A stretch of 64,000 bases of DNA from Octopus sinensis. Its lineage: Eukaryota. The DNA is taken from the NCBI RefSeq assembly GCF_006345805.1, contig NC_043017.1, positions 22,754,001 to 22,818,000 on the forward strand, in the 5' to 3' direction. Shown in pieces: positions 61,741 through 64,000 of the stretch (position 1 is its first letter; every line of letters begins with the position of its first letter). The position numbers were made by a program, and so were the translations under genes. The notes below the pieces were generated by a model. The model was not told the origin of the DNA and searched no databases. It worked only from the letters and a program-made list of their open reading frames with translations.

Positions 61741-62299
61741 CAAGTATGTATGTATCTACACGCATAAGTATATATAACATAATAGTACAAGCATGGCTAT
61801 GTTGTTAAGAAGTTCACTTCCCCAACCATGAGCTTTCAAGTTCAATCTCAATGCACAGCACCATCAGTGAGTGTCTTCTACTACAGCTCTGTGTCAACTA
61901 AATTTGGAACGTAGAATCCCATTTGGATTTTGGATTTAGTTGATGAAAACATAAGGAGTCTGTCATAAACGTGTGTGTATGTTTGTGTTCATGTCTCCTA
62001 GGCTTAACATTGCATTCTAACTGTAAAAGAACCCCACCATCATACAAGTAATGACATTCCATTTGCAATCTTTCATGGAAATACTCAACTATTGTGTTAT
62101 TTGTGTTCAAAGGATTAGGGGAAAATATTGCCTTATTTGAAAGCAAGTGAGGAGAATAGGTGACAGGAAGAAGATCCGGCTGTAGAAAATCTGACTCAAG
62201 GAATTTCATCAGACTTATGCAAACATGGAAAAGAGGACATTAAAAGATGATGAGGATGATGATGATACAGGTTAAATTGTGAGCAAAAGCAGAAACTGG

Positions 62300-62930
62300 T
62301 CACTTCTCCAGGCCACTTCCACTTGCATCACACAGTTTGCAGGATTGTACTACACCACGAGACTCCAATTTTCTGGTTTAGTCAAAACAATTAGTCTTCT
62401 ACTTGGACATAGCTGCTCCATCTGGTGTCAATAACTGACTACTTTCCTTGAACAACCTACACTCTCTTCTGCCCTTACCTTGACCACAACTGTCCCTTTT
62501 CTCCCCATACACAATTCACACCCATCCATCTCACGCCCACCCAATGTATGTTATCTCAATGGTTATTTATTCTTTACTATCACTTGGACATTCTTACACA
62601 ACATTTCCCAAATAAATACTTTCTTCTCTCTCATACACACTCACACACTTTGCCACACTGCTTTTATTCCCCTTAGCTTAAATTCACTCTTCTATGCTGA
62701 AGACCACCTATTCTACTCATTTCTTGTTTGCCCTACCAGCAAGTTTCGCCTTCAACAGTCACCCATTGCTTCATTTTCCTTCCAGTTATTTTCCTTCTCT
62801 TCTCCATCTTTATTTTGACAAAGGAAAATTGTTTGAAACATCAATAAAGATCTCTTTCTTTCACAGTACAATTACATTGATTTTGTACACTTGTTTGGTG
62901 TTTTCAATGCTTTTTAAATTCTTTCCTTTT
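62300..62930 (+). mobile_element. Decayed Penelope-like element 3' region
   Basis: GHFHL..KQLVFYLDIAAPSGVNN resembles the PLE C-terminal EQxLIFxLGTLxPxGIN; C-rich UTR; decayed hammerhead at 62806-62851. Confidence 0.65.
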
Positions 62931-63384
62931 TTTTTTATATCCAGTTTTTGCTAATGTCTTAACCCAAATATGCAATTACCATACTAACACTAACCAAACC
63001 TAGCATTATCAGTAATACTGCATTTTTAATATAACTTAATTGATTTGTATTGACTCTTTGTCATTCTCTCTCTTTTATGATTGAGATATGTTCAAATACC
63101 TTTACAGAAATCTTGACTATGTTTCTTCCATGTAATGTTTAAAGAAGTTTATATCAATAAGGGCTGGTGAGTCTATCATCTTCCCAATGATAATCACAAA
63201 TTCTACATTCTATAATGTAGTATTAAATACATGATGTGTGAGATAAAAAAAAAATAAAAATAAATACGCTTGTTGAGACTGAAATACTTTTGACTGTAGA
63301 TGTGGTCAATCATGGCCAACCCTGGGCTAAGAAACAACAACTTCACCGAAGCAGATTTTCAACAGCTGAATGCCCTTGCCCTCA

Positions 63385-63480
63385 CCTTGGCGGAATTTGA
63401 ACTCAGAACGTAATGGCAAACGAAATACCACTAGGCATTTCACCCAGCGTGCTAACAATTCTGCCAGCACACCGCCTTTA
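63385..63480 (-). mobile_element. SINE B head fragment
   Basis: GGCGGAATTTGAACTCAGAACG...CTGCCAGC. Confidence 0.75.
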
Positions 63481-64000
63481 GCAGTTATTTCTATTAAGTT
63501 AAAGAATCTAGTAGAGCAGTTTTCAGTGGCTTGTTATCTTATTGTTTGCAATATATGTCTCAAATTCTTCAAATAAACTAGCATCTCAGCAACTTAATAA
63601 GGAAAAAAAAAATTCTAGTAGCATATGATACTTGGTAATATCAATTGGTAAAGAGAAGAAAAAAGAAAGGTTATACAGCTATTTTGTTTTCATTTTTTTT
63701 CTTTTTGTGAATTAATAAAACCAGCTATGTCTGGGGATGGATCTGAACAAAAACATTAATACATACATTCTAAAGATTGCATATGCAAATTCTTAAACAT
63801 TATCAAAGAAGAGCGTGGAGTTAATATTCTGGATTCAGAATACATAACTATAAAAAGATAACACAAGTATCAATACCAGAAATTATTAATCAATACCAAA
63901 GATTTTTATCTCTTCAAGTCATCTCCAATCCCACAATAGTTCAAAACATTTGTATTCACCCTCTGAGAGTGATATAAAGAAAAGTTCTAGAAAGTTACCT

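Overview
AT-rich, repeat-dense eukaryotic DNA with no long genuine ORF. Nearly all ORF-track entries are microsatellite or SINE translations. The SINE families and (TA)n/(CA)n density point to an octopus (coleoid cephalopod) genome; this is inferred from recalled repeat consensus motifs, not from a search. The window holds four retroposon families: A, a tRNA-headed SINE with a CORE-like stretch and a central microsatellite; B, a SINE with a Deu/Nin-like domain; C, a CAT-tailed RTE-type 3' end; D, a tRNA-headed SINE with two alternative tails. It also holds decayed Gypsy, RTE, CR1, Penelope, mariner and hAT fragments, several MITE families with intact TIRs and TSDs, a Helentron-like element and several local tandem duplications. 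No host gene could be named; a CpG-rich, possibly divergent promoter with an RFX X-box (17-19 kb) and a few low-confidence exon candidates are reported. The most notable observations are: (1) a Penelope-like fold-back at 32.8-33.1 kb carrying two inverted minimal hammerhead-ribozyme folds with a G3-C8 core swap; (2) two SINE-B tetramers each bounded by a single TSD, so apparently inserted as multimers; (3) a tRNA-headed 330 bp fold-back at 4.2-4.5 kb. All coordinates and identities were read by hand and may be off by a few bases.
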